This document shows positions 16,401-23,760 of a DNA stretch of 32,000 bases, piece after piece. Source of the stretch: Candidatus Altimarinota bacterium. GTDB taxonomy: Bacteria > Patescibacteriota > Gracilibacteria > UBA1369. Every line of letters starts with the position of its first letter. Position 1 is the stretch's first letter. A program made the position numbers and the translations under genes. The stretch is from the NCBI GenBank assembly GCA_041659405.1, contig JBAZYK010000002.1, forward strand, positions 1 to 32,000. The letters are read 5' to 3'. The notes under the pieces are model-generated. The model did no database searches. It saw only the letters and a list, made by a program, of their open reading frames with translations, and was not told the origin of the DNA.

Positions 16401-17361
16401 AAAATTGACTGAATGGAAAATAGGTAAGCACTTCAAAAATCCGATAGCAAAAGGAGTCATCGACATGATGGGTGGAGTTGCATTTGCCATGGGTTTCACC
16501 GAACCAATTTCAAAATTAGTTGATGATTTTATTGATGTTTTACCTGCCGGATATGGAGTTTCAAAAGAAGTGGCCGAAATAATGGAAAAAGCGGCAGCGG
16601 GCTCAATTGTTAGAACAGCTACTTTAAGTCTTGAAAAAGGAATCTTAAGATCAGCGGTTGAAAAAGGAGCAACAAAACTTGGATTCAAGGGAATAGAAAG
16701 AGTATTCGAGAAAAAAATTGAGAGTACGTTTCTCAAGAAAATAATGACGTTTAGCGCAGAAAAAGGATTTGGTAAAATCTTAAAAATGCTAGGCTGGAGA
16801 GGCGCAACCACCATAGCCCTGCTTGCCGACGACGCAACGGTAATAGGCGTTCTAGACGACGTAATCGCTTTAGGGTTTATTGTTTGGATGGGCATCGATA
16901 TCGTCGAAATTGTGATGTTGATGAGGAATGCATACAAAGTAAAAGAGCAAATGGCACAAAGAACAGGAAAAGAAATCACTGAATTTAAACCTGAACACGG
17001 CAAAAGCGAAGCTCTTATTCAAAAAGAACTGGCCAAATATGGTAAAACCATAAGCCAAATTCACGAATTGAGTGAAGACGATCTTTTCGCAATTTTAAAA
17101 TCCATTGATGAACCGGTAACATTCAAAATCAAACGAGCGGGAGTAGCCGGATATGAATCCTGGACATTAACTAAAGGTGAAGCAAGCGGAATTGCTATTT
17201 TTGACGACGCAGGAGGCAAAATTGCAGAAATCGAAGATAAAGATGCGGCGAAAATCGACAAGGCCGTTAAGGAAATGGAAGAGAAAGCACAAAAGGAAGG
17301 CAAAACCGGCAAAGTTGATGCTCCTTCTGAAGGCCAAACTCCAGCTGCCAAAGCCGCTTAA
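13450..17361 (+). CDS. Giant hypothetical polytopic membrane protein, 1303 aa, no recognisable domain
   Basis: K/E-rich N-terminal region of about 200 aa. Hydrophobic segment pairs near aa 216-272 (ALITAGVFIAGYGLY, LLGGGLALSGLVLGGILG), near aa 555-602 (LIGATPFIAVGSAIGGIINSV, FVAGAFRGAAKGAIFPVTIA), and a cluster near aa 947-1158 (VLGTAAAVGIFYHLY, GVIDMMGGVAFAMGF, VIGVLDDVIALGFIVWMGIDIVEIVML). Degenerate tandem repeats near aa 767-923. Confidence 0.8.
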   Translation: MGGDANKPKGKIENAERAKDQREITPSDASKQERASVAIDVTKGKSEKEIAARLEEHKEKGSETLSTIKSINVSKETKEQLEAIKLLKVISYVVFTKLFNKGLKFKDVKELSSLTNVSTNLTTELDSNEKTAFEKLKEIAENSNSILFKEFTQTTENTFNWSSFIEDAHAQFQAVAFKPSMHAPETVPLKPTEESKSPEKAFHERAFDWIKENPGKTALITAGVFIAGYGLYEYFSSDENKDEKKEGSNMNKYLLGGGLALSGLVLGGILGKDKVLDWFKEHEWISDEKKEKFLAYWNAGERLKAIETLFESPDPNWEKEKQIAEKISKETGKKVSALTLSSIANLKYDDFRGMSDEVKKLASSLLKTGGLSFLSKLVEESPIVVQEAKVIKDYLAKKQDKIKALNLPENVTVLEVLGKLTEIHVEVIPQPEEEKSVIGKAGKAAGIVFVEGKEKVSGFFQESYDAIKKEFDDIPEIQEILKKYDNGEATLHPYNFITELFNACTKNKVDIVLGMGKVALYRGGKFIFISSYETLYNTAVAFVKSPGISAPVQEYLIGATPFIAVGSAIGGIINSVQGHSFVAGAFRGAAKGAIFPVTIATETGKFITRGPQRIYRTAKGMEYSVKETFSSEAGKLAIIEEEARFYAKIANGYDDLIVNKDGLSIINPKRWYAKLSKARLEELRFEYMKKFAIAYNKLNKGPALSIEKLNDTAEIKDARQKIYDLLKDAEAKDKLKSTAAKTTPVLPPEEPKHLGSEGPSGPDQKHKYKYFNEEVELQQKNIEAKAGEIAKTETPPTDPAELQKWNDTNWNKAIKALCEEKLLTPTPVQGKKDVYRFQNKEITIPKSEIEAKMKTSGISEIEATKALCYEKALAHVTVQEVKIVNGEYQYKINGEWVTPDDPKNPVKAAEIKEKWMNEMQKKGVNFDFQKFAGEAKYFKYFSAFEKVLGTAAAVGIFYHLYSAPDKKKAVAETTAGLATFITGAKLTEWKIGKHFKNPIAKGVIDMMGGVAFAMGFTEPISKLVDDFIDVLPAGYGVSKEVAEIMEKAAAGSIVRTATLSLEKGILRSAVEKGATKLGFKGIERVFEKKIESTFLKKIMTFSAEKGFGKILKMLGWRGATTIALLADDATVIGVLDDVIALGFIVWMGIDIVEIVMLMRNAYKVKEQMAQRTGKEITEFKPEHGKSEALIQKELAKYGKTISQIHELSEDDLFAILKSIDEPVTFKIKRAGVAGYESWTLTKGEASGIAIFDDAGGKIAEIEDKDAAKIDKAVKEMEEKAQKEGKTGKVDAPSEGQTPAAKAA

Positions 17362-18941
17362 AGATACTTCACCATATACGTTCCTTCAAGTTCGTAGCCT
17401 AATTTTTTATAGTATTCGCGAACGCCGATTCCGCTGATTACGGCGAGTTTTTTATAACCGTTCTTTTTGCTGATCTCTTCGGCCTGAAGCATCATCCGTC
17501 TACCCAAACCGATGTGCTGGGAAGCATTATTTTCTCTTCTGGAAATCTCAACCTGCTCGCCATAAGTGTGAACTTCACGGACAAGCGCCGCGCCTTCCAG
17601 CTCTTTAATAAAGTGTTTTTTGCCCTTCAAGCTGTAAGAAGAAAAACGAAGTCTAAGCAAAGCACAAATTTTATCCTTCTTCAGATCATCATAAGTCACA
17701 AAAAATTCCTGTCCTTCCGCGGCTTCCATTGGCTTAATATTCAAGGTCAGATCATTAAAATTCACCTGTTCATCTTTAATTTCCCGACAACGGATACAAC
17801 GACATTCAAGTCCCCTCTTTTTCATTTCGACATCAACAAATTGGCGAAGATTGGACATTTTTGATCCACCCAAAATGGTTGGAGCCGGAATATCCCTGTA
17901 CATTCTTGTCACACGACAATACTCGGGAATTACTCCCGAAATTTTCACCATCAACTCTATCAATTCCGGATCAGAATAAGGCCTATGTTTACCTTCTTTA
18001 TGGATCTTTTCCAATTGTGACCATGGCACAACCATAGTTGGATAAATCTTCATCCAATCAGGACGATAAGCGGGATTAGCAAACATTTCCACCATATCCG
18101 CATAATCAATTTCCGGCGTACTGCCATAAAGATTCGGCATCATGTGGCAATTAATTTTATAAGCCGCATCACGCATAAGCTGAATAGCATGCTTAGTTTC
18201 CGCTATTCCATGGTCGCGCTTATTCATCTTCAAAACTCGATCATTCAAACTCTGAACGCCAATTTCAATTTTGGTACAACCAAGATTTCGCAGACGAATC
18301 AGCTCTTTTTCATCAATGTGATCAGGACGGGTTTCAAAAGACAAGCCAATACAGCGATGCTCAGCCGTTTCATTAATTTTTTGAGCTTCAGCCAAACTAC
18401 GTGATTTTTTTTGAGGATAATTCAAAGCATTAAAAATTCCGCGAGTAAATTCAGTTTGATAACGGTGCGGATAAAAAGAAAAAGTTCCACCGGAAACAAT
18501 CAAATCAATCTTATCGGTTTTATGACCGGTTTTATCCAGACTTTTTAAACGATTGAGTGTCTGTTTATATGGATCAAAATCATTTAAAATAGCCCGCATT
18601 ATAGCCGGTTCATTCGACAAATAACTCTTTGGCATTTCAGGTTCTGTAGGACAAAAAATACAGCGACCGGGACAAGGATAAGCCTTGGTTATAACGGTAA
18701 TTGAAGCAATGCCGGAAAGTGACCTTACTCCCCTTTTTCGCAAAAACTTTAAAAACTTTTCATCATCCGGCAACTCCCCTTCTTTTACAAGGTCACGATA
18801 GACCTGAATAAGCTCCGAGTTTGTCGGGAAACTTTTAACATAGTGGCTCGAAAATTTGCTCTTCAACTCATGCAAGAACTTAGCATCACGTATTTTGCGT
18901 TTATAAGCCTCTTTTACCAGTTGTTTTAGACCTTCCGACAT
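17358..18941 (-). CDS. elp3: Elp3-family radical-SAM/GNAT enzyme (tRNA U34 carboxymethylation type)
   Basis: 527 aa. Radical-SAM cluster motif in KAYPCPGRCIFCP, followed by a TIM-barrel-like region (IDLIVSGGTFSF, GLSFETRPD, CTKIEIGVQS). C-terminal GNAT (QHIGLGRRMMLQAEEISKKNGYKKLAVISGIGVREYYKKLGY). Domain order and length match archaeal and Dehalococcoides-type Elp3. Confidence 0.85.
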   Translation of the reverse strand: MSEGLKQLVKEAYKRKIRDAKFLHELKSKFSSHYVKSFPTNSELIQVYRDLVKEGELPDDEKFLKFLRKRGVRSLSGIASITVITKAYPCPGRCIFCPTEPEMPKSYLSNEPAIMRAILNDFDPYKQTLNRLKSLDKTGHKTDKIDLIVSGGTFSFYPHRYQTEFTRGIFNALNYPQKKSRSLAEAQKINETAEHRCIGLSFETRPDHIDEKELIRLRNLGCTKIEIGVQSLNDRVLKMNKRDHGIAETKHAIQLMRDAAYKINCHMMPNLYGSTPEIDYADMVEMFANPAYRPDWMKIYPTMVVPWSQLEKIHKEGKHRPYSDPELIELMVKISGVIPEYCRVTRMYRDIPAPTILGGSKMSNLRQFVDVEMKKRGLECRCIRCREIKDEQVNFNDLTLNIKPMEAAEGQEFFVTYDDLKKDKICALLRLRFSSYSLKGKKHFIKELEGAALVREVHTYGEQVEISRRENNASQHIGLGRRMMLQAEEISKKNGYKKLAVISGIGVREYYKKLGYELEGTYMVKYL

Positions 18942-18968
18942 ATCGTTGTCTTTTTGAGGTAATAACGG

Positions 18969-18974
18969 TATAAA
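18969..18974 (+). promoter_or_regulatory. Candidate -10 box (TATAAA) immediately upstream of the Trm9-like gene
   Basis: TATAAA ends 5 nt before ATG 18980, within a 38-bp divergent spacer. This implies a leaderless or near-leaderless mRNA if it is used. Confidence 0.25.
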
Positions 18975-18979
18975 CTAGA

Positions 18980-19759
18980 ATGAGCCATTGGCCAAAAACA
19001 AGTCATATCGCTCGCCCATTATACGAAAAAATGAGAGAAAATAAAGCAAAAAAGCTCCTTCAGGGCGTTAAAGAAACTTACAATACCATTGCGGAAGAGT
19101 TTTCTGACACACGCCATACCAACTGGGAAGAATTTGAGTTTTTTGCCAAATACCTTGAACCTGACTCGGAAATATTGGATTTAGGATGCGGAAACGGCCG
19201 CCTTATTAAATTTCTGGATCAAAAGACAGTGGGCTTTGAAAAACCGGCCTATCATTATGTTGGAGTTGATAACAGTGAAAACCTGCTTAAAAAAGCGCAA
19301 ACAATCCACGCCAAACAAACCTTTATTTTGGGCGACCAACTGGCGATTCCAATGGCCGAAAACACCATCGACCTTCTTTTCAACATCGCCGCTTTTCATC
19401 ATCTTCCAGACAAGAAATCACAACTTCAAGGTCTGGAAGAAATGAAACGAGTACTCAAAAAAGATGGCTATTTGTTTATTACCGTTTGGAATCTTTGGCA
19501 AAAACGCTACATCAAACCTATTATCAAAACCCTGCTTAAGTGTATCTTTACTTTAGGATATTACCGCTTTAATGACCTTTTTATTCCCTGGGGGAAAAGT
19601 AAAATTCCACGCTATTATCATGCCTTTTTACCATCAGAATTTGAAAAACGGATACAGGAATCAGGACTGGAAATCGTTGAGATTTTTGCAGTAAAAAACG
19701 GCCAAAAAGTACACCTGAAAGAAAGCAATAATATTTGTTTGATAGCGCGAAAAATATGA
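18980..19759 (+). CDS. Class I SAM-dependent methyltransferase resembling the Trm9/ALKBH8 tRNA (cm5U34) methyltransferase domain
   Basis: YNTIAEEFSDTRHTNW (compare ALKBH8 YEEIAGHFSSTRHTPW and Trm9 YNEIAPHFSQTRYKPW, recalled from memory). Motif I ILDLGCGNGRL. FNIAAFHHL...LKKDGYLFITVWNLWQ (compare ISIAVIHHF...GGKALIYVWAMEQ). LFIPWGK and PRYYHAF (compare VLVPW and HRYYHVF). Confidence 0.7.
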   Translation: MSHWPKTSHIARPLYEKMRENKAKKLLQGVKETYNTIAEEFSDTRHTNWEEFEFFAKYLEPDSEILDLGCGNGRLIKFLDQKTVGFEKPAYHYVGVDNSENLLKKAQTIHAKQTFILGDQLAIPMAENTIDLLFNIAAFHHLPDKKSQLQGLEEMKRVLKKDGYLFITVWNLWQKRYIKPIIKTLLKCIFTLGYYRFNDLFIPWGKSKIPRYYHAFLPSEFEKRIQESGLEIVEIFAVKNGQKVHLKESNNICLIARKI

Positions 19760-20520
19760 AAGAACGCATCACCATCATGAATGTCCCTTTTGATCGAGTA
19801 ACAGCCAAAGAGGCGCTGGCTATTACGTTAGAAAAACTCGACGGAAACAAACAAACCACAAACGGAAAACACCAACCTTTTTTTATTGCGACTCCAAATC
19901 CGGAAATGCTTTTGGCGGCCCGAAAAAATGAAAGGTTTTTAAAAATACTTCAAACCGAAACTGATCTAAATATTCCCGATGGAATTGGTATTATTTTCGC
20001 CTCCAAATTAAGTAAAAATTCCTTGCCACAGCGAGTTACAGGAACGGACTTAATGCAGGCCATTTGCCATTTTGCCCCCAAAGGAACAAAAATTTTTCTT
20101 TTAGGTGCAGCCGAAGGTGTAGCTGAAAAAGTTAAAGCAAAACTTCAAAAAAAATATCCCCAAATACAGATAGTTGGAACACACAGCGGATCACCCGCCC
20201 CCGAAGAAGCAGAAAAAATCAGGAATCTTATTCAAAAAAGTGAAGCTGACATTCTATTTATAGCCTTTGGGGCGCCAAAACAGGAACTTTGGTTATCCGA
20301 AAATCTTTCTCATTTAAAAAATCTTAAAATAGCCATGGGCGTTGGCGGAGCTTTTGATTTTGTTGCCGAAATTAGAAAAAGAGCACCCCGCCTTATGCGT
20401 AAACTTGGCCTTGAATGGCTCTTTAGACTTGTAATTGAACCAAGCAGGTTCAAAAGAATCTACAACGCTACAATCAAATTTCCTTTGCTATTTTTAAAGC
20501 AAAAAATCACCGGAAAATAA
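19756..20520 (+). CDS. WecB/TagA/CpsF-family glycosyltransferase (UDP-ManNAc(A) transferase type)
   Basis: IMNVPFDRVTAKEALA, FIATPNPEMLL, NIPDGIGI, GAPKQELW, MGVGGAFDF, RAPRLMRKLGLEWLFRLVIEPSRFKR. I prefer the start at ATG 19756, which forms an ATGA overlap with the upstream TGA stop. The ORF opens at 19735. Confidence 0.85.
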   Translation: MKERITIMNVPFDRVTAKEALAITLEKLDGNKQTTNGKHQPFFIATPNPEMLLAARKNERFLKILQTETDLNIPDGIGIIFASKLSKNSLPQRVTGTDLMQAICHFAPKGTKIFLLGAAEGVAEKVKAKLQKKYPQIQIVGTHSGSPAPEEAEKIRNLIQKSEADILFIAFGAPKQELWLSENLSHLKNLKIAMGVGGAFDFVAEIRKRAPRLMRKLGLEWLFRLVIEPSRFKRIYNATIKFPLLFLKQKITGK

Positions 20521-20531
20521 TAGCACTAAAT

Positions 20532-21797
20532 TTATTTGTCAGATCTTAAGGCTTCAATCGGTTGCAAACCGGCTGCCTTTCTGGCAGGCCCAACTCCAAA
20601 GACTAAACCGAATCCCAATGTTACAATAAAACCGATTAAAACCGAATAGGCTGAAACCACCATATTCAATTGCGTACCGGTCTGTGCCGCCACAAAATTG
20701 ATCAGGATACTCATCAAGAATCCAAGAAAAATTCCCAAAAGGCCCCCTAAAAGCGTTATTGTTAAAGCCTCGATCAAAAACTGAAAAAGAATATCTTTTC
20801 GGCGTGCCCCAATAGCCTTACGTAATCCAATCTCAGCAATTCTTTCCGTAACACTCACATACATAATATTCATAATTCCCACTCCCCCAACAATTAACGA
20901 GATCGACGCAATTGCCCCAAAAAGCAATGATACGGCAGAGAAAACCACCCCAATAATGTTCATGGCATCTTCCGAAGATTGCACCGTAAAATCATCTTTC
21001 TTAAGATCATTCCCCCGTATTCCATGCTGCCTACGCAAAAATCTGCGAATGTCATCCGAAGTTATATCGGTCAAAGTCGCATCCTTTAATTGAGCCACAA
21101 AATAAGTCATGTAATCATAGCCCAAAAGCGCTTTCTGCGCCGTTTTAATGGGAATATAAACATATTCATCATAATTTTGAAACATAGCGGCTCCACGCTT
21201 TTCCATTACTCCAATCACCTTAAAATTCAAATTCCGCACCCGTATTGTTTTACCAATCGGATTTTCACTGCCAAAAAGATCTTCTTTAATTGTTTGACCG
21301 ATGACAACAACCTTAGCCAAACTATCATTTTCAATATCATTAAAAAATCTACCTACCTGAAGTTTGCTTTTATCGATATTCATAAAACTTGCCATCGTTC
21401 CGGTTATCATGGAACTTCTGGATTTATCTCTATAAACAAGTTTCTCTTGGGCAAAAACAGCCCCATAACTATCTTTAACATTGGGAATCTTTTTTACTCC
21501 ATCCACATCCGCTATTTTTAAAGTTTTAATTTGAATACCGGTAGCAATAGCCGCACCTGAAGCCGCCATATCTGTATTTGGAACTTTCACCTCGACAAAA
21601 ACCGTATCAGAACCAAAAGAGGCCAACTGATCCCTAATAAATCCCTCGGCAGCATTGGAAATCCCTAAAACCAGAATTAAAGTTGAAATACCAATCACAA
21701 TACCCAAAACCGAAAGAATTGTTCTCATACGATTTTTTTTGAGAGCATCAAACGATAAACCAAACAAATCCTGAATGCGTAATGAACGTTTTTTCAT
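20532..21797 (-). CDS. MacB-type ABC transporter permease (MacB periplasmic core domain + FtsX domain), paralogue 2
   Basis: N-terminal TM helix (ILSVLGIVIGISTLILVL), a large extracytoplasmic domain, then a C-terminal FtsX region with the VTERIAEIGLRKAIGARRKDILFQFLIEA motif and three TM helices. Ends ...PIEALRSDK. Confidence 0.85.
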   Translation of the reverse strand: MKKRSLRIQDLFGLSFDALKKNRMRTILSVLGIVIGISTLILVLGISNAAEGFIRDQLASFGSDTVFVEVKVPNTDMAASGAAIATGIQIKTLKIADVDGVKKIPNVKDSYGAVFAQEKLVYRDKSRSSMITGTMASFMNIDKSKLQVGRFFNDIENDSLAKVVVIGQTIKEDLFGSENPIGKTIRVRNLNFKVIGVMEKRGAAMFQNYDEYVYIPIKTAQKALLGYDYMTYFVAQLKDATLTDITSDDIRRFLRRQHGIRGNDLKKDDFTVQSSEDAMNIIGVVFSAVSLLFGAIASISLIVGGVGIMNIMYVSVTERIAEIGLRKAIGARRKDILFQFLIEALTITLLGGLLGIFLGFLMSILINFVAAQTGTQLNMVVSAYSVLIGFIVTLGFGLVFGVGPARKAAGLQPIEALRSDK

Positions 21798-21805
21798 AAA
21801 ATTAA

Positions 21806-23050
21806 TTATTCGTAACGCAAAGCTTCAATTGCCGGCAATTTGGAAGCCTTGGAAGCTGGATAATAACCAAAAATAATTCCAATGACCTGACAAACCAAAA
21901 CCCCAACAACAATCGCAGTAATAGAAAAAGATAAATCCCAATAATATCCCATACTTCTAATCACCAGTGCAATGATGAATGTGATCAACATACCAAAGAC
22001 AATCCCAATCATTCCACCACAAGTCGTCACAAAAGCCGCTTCAATCAAAAACTGATTACGGATATGAAAAGGTTTGGCCCCAATTGCTTTACGCAAACCG
22101 ATTTCACGGGTTCTTTCTGTTACTGAAACCAACATTACATTCATGATCCCAATTCCACCAACCAACAAAGAAATAGCCGCAACCGCAGCCAACACAAACT
22201 TAATAATATTGGTGATATTTTGAATAGTCATGAGCGCTTGATTGGCACTAACAACCGTAAAATCATCATCATCCGGATTTTTTATGTGATGACGAATGCG
22301 CAAAGTCCTTTGCATATCGGCAATAACCTGATCAACATTTTCATCAGAATCAACTTTACCACGAATTATTCCAACATAATTTTCACCAAGCATAATCTTT
22401 TGTGCAGTACTAACAGGTATAAAAACCTGATTATCAAGATTTTGAAAACCGACTACTCCCTTTGGCTGAAAAACACCAATTACATGGAATTTTTCATTAC
22501 CAACCCGAATAGTTTTACCAATTGGATCTTCCAAACCAAATAAATCAGCCCTAACTTTGCTCCCCAAAACCACCACCTTTGAAAGGTTTTTTTCTTCTTG
22601 AGCATTTAAAAAACGTCCAAGATCGATTTTTTGATCAATTACTTTAGGATACTGAGCCATCACTCCAAAAAAAGGTACATTCACACTTTTATTAAAATAA
22701 GAAACCTGCTCCTGCCCACGAGCATAAGCAGAAATCGCCGTTAGATGCTGAATCGCATTTGGACCAGTCACCATTGCCACCGCATCTTCATACTTTAAAG
22801 TTGTAATCACAACGCCCAAAACCGCCGCCGGTGGCCCATTATCCCCACCTTTTCCCGGCAAAACTCCCACTAAATTTGTTCCCAAACTTTGAATTTGATT
22901 ATAAATAAGACTTTGAGCCCCACCACCTGCCGAAACAATAATAATCACAGCAGAAACGCCAATAATAATACCAAGCATCGTCATCAATGATCGACTTTTA
23001 TTAGTCAAAAGGCCCGTCCACGCTAGTTTTATGACATTTAATAAGTCCAT
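21806..23050 (-). CDS. MacB-type ABC transporter permease, paralogue 1
   Basis: Same architecture as paralogue 2: LMTMLGIIIGVSAVIIIV, VTERTREIGLRKAIGAKPFHIRNQFLIEA, ...AIEALRYE. Confidence 0.85.
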   Translation of the reverse strand: MDLLNVIKLAWTGLLTNKSRSLMTMLGIIIGVSAVIIIVSAGGGAQSLIYNQIQSLGTNLVGVLPGKGGDNGPPAAVLGVVITTLKYEDAVAMVTGPNAIQHLTAISAYARGQEQVSYFNKSVNVPFFGVMAQYPKVIDQKIDLGRFLNAQEEKNLSKVVVLGSKVRADLFGLEDPIGKTIRVGNEKFHVIGVFQPKGVVGFQNLDNQVFIPVSTAQKIMLGENYVGIIRGKVDSDENVDQVIADMQRTLRIRHHIKNPDDDDFTVVSANQALMTIQNITNIIKFVLAAVAAISLLVGGIGIMNVMLVSVTERTREIGLRKAIGAKPFHIRNQFLIEAAFVTTCGGMIGIVFGMLITFIIALVIRSMGYYWDLSFSITAIVVGVLVCQVIGIIFGYYPASKASKLPAIEALRYE

Positions 23051-23052
23051 TG

Positions 23053-23748
23053 TTAATTTAATACATCAGAAAGAACCTGACCATCACGAAGAGTGATAAT
23101 ACGCTTTGCACTCCGCGCAATATCCACCTCATGAGTCACAAGAATAATTGTTTTACCTTCGGCGTTAAGCTTTCTAAAAAGCTCAATGATTTCATGTGAA
23201 GCCTGAGTATCAAGATTACCGGTTGGTTCATCAGCCAAAATCAACTTTGGATTAGTTATTAAAGCTCGAGCAATAGCCACGCGTTGCTGTTGACCACCTG
23301 AAAGCTCATTCGGTTTATGAGACATGCGATCACCAAGTCCAACTCTCTTTAAAGCCTCTTCCGCCCTCTGCTTTTGTTCAAAAAATGGAACACCCTGATA
23401 AATCAGCGGCAAACGAACATTGTCTATAGCGGTAGTTCTTGGCAACAAATTAAAAGCCTGAAACACGAATCCAACTTTTTCACTGCGAATATCAGCCAAC
23501 TCATCCTCTTCATAAACTGTTGTATTGCGGGAATCAAAAACATAGTCACCTGTACTTGGAGAATCCAAAAAACCCAAAATATGCATCAAAGTTGACTTGC
23601 CTGAGCCGGATTGCCCAATGATCGCGACATAGTCACCTTCATTGATAGAAAACGAAACCCCTCGAAGTGCCTGTGTAACAATGCTATTTTCCCCCTCACC
23701 CATAAGGTATTCTTTACGAATATCCCGCAGTGAAATCAAAACACTCAT
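23053..23748 (-). CDS. ABC transporter ATP-binding protein (MacB/LolD-like)
   Basis: Walker A GQSGSGKST, Q-loop, signature LSGGQQQRVAIARAL, Walker B ILADEPTGNLD, H-loop VTHE. Confidence 0.95.
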   Translation of the reverse strand: MSVLISLRDIRKEYLMGEGENSIVTQALRGVSFSINEGDYVAIIGQSGSGKSTLMHILGFLDSPSTGDYVFDSRNTTVYEEDELADIRSEKVGFVFQAFNLLPRTTAIDNVRLPLIYQGVPFFEQKQRAEEALKRVGLGDRMSHKPNELSGGQQQRVAIARALITNPKLILADEPTGNLDTQASHEIIELFRKLNAEGKTIILVTHEVDIARSAKRIITLRDGQVLSDVLN

Positions 23749-23760
23749 AAATATAATTAA

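Noticed and set aside
16329-17003. 224-aa antisense ORF inside the giant gene, and many other embedded antisense ORFs (for example 557..877, 1409..1735, 13722..14126, 21090..21521, 22220..22543)
   Set aside because: These are shadow ORFs on the opposite strand of well-supported genes. Their S/F/I/L/P-rich composition is typical of antisense translation of K/E/G-rich coding sequence, and they have no independent start context.
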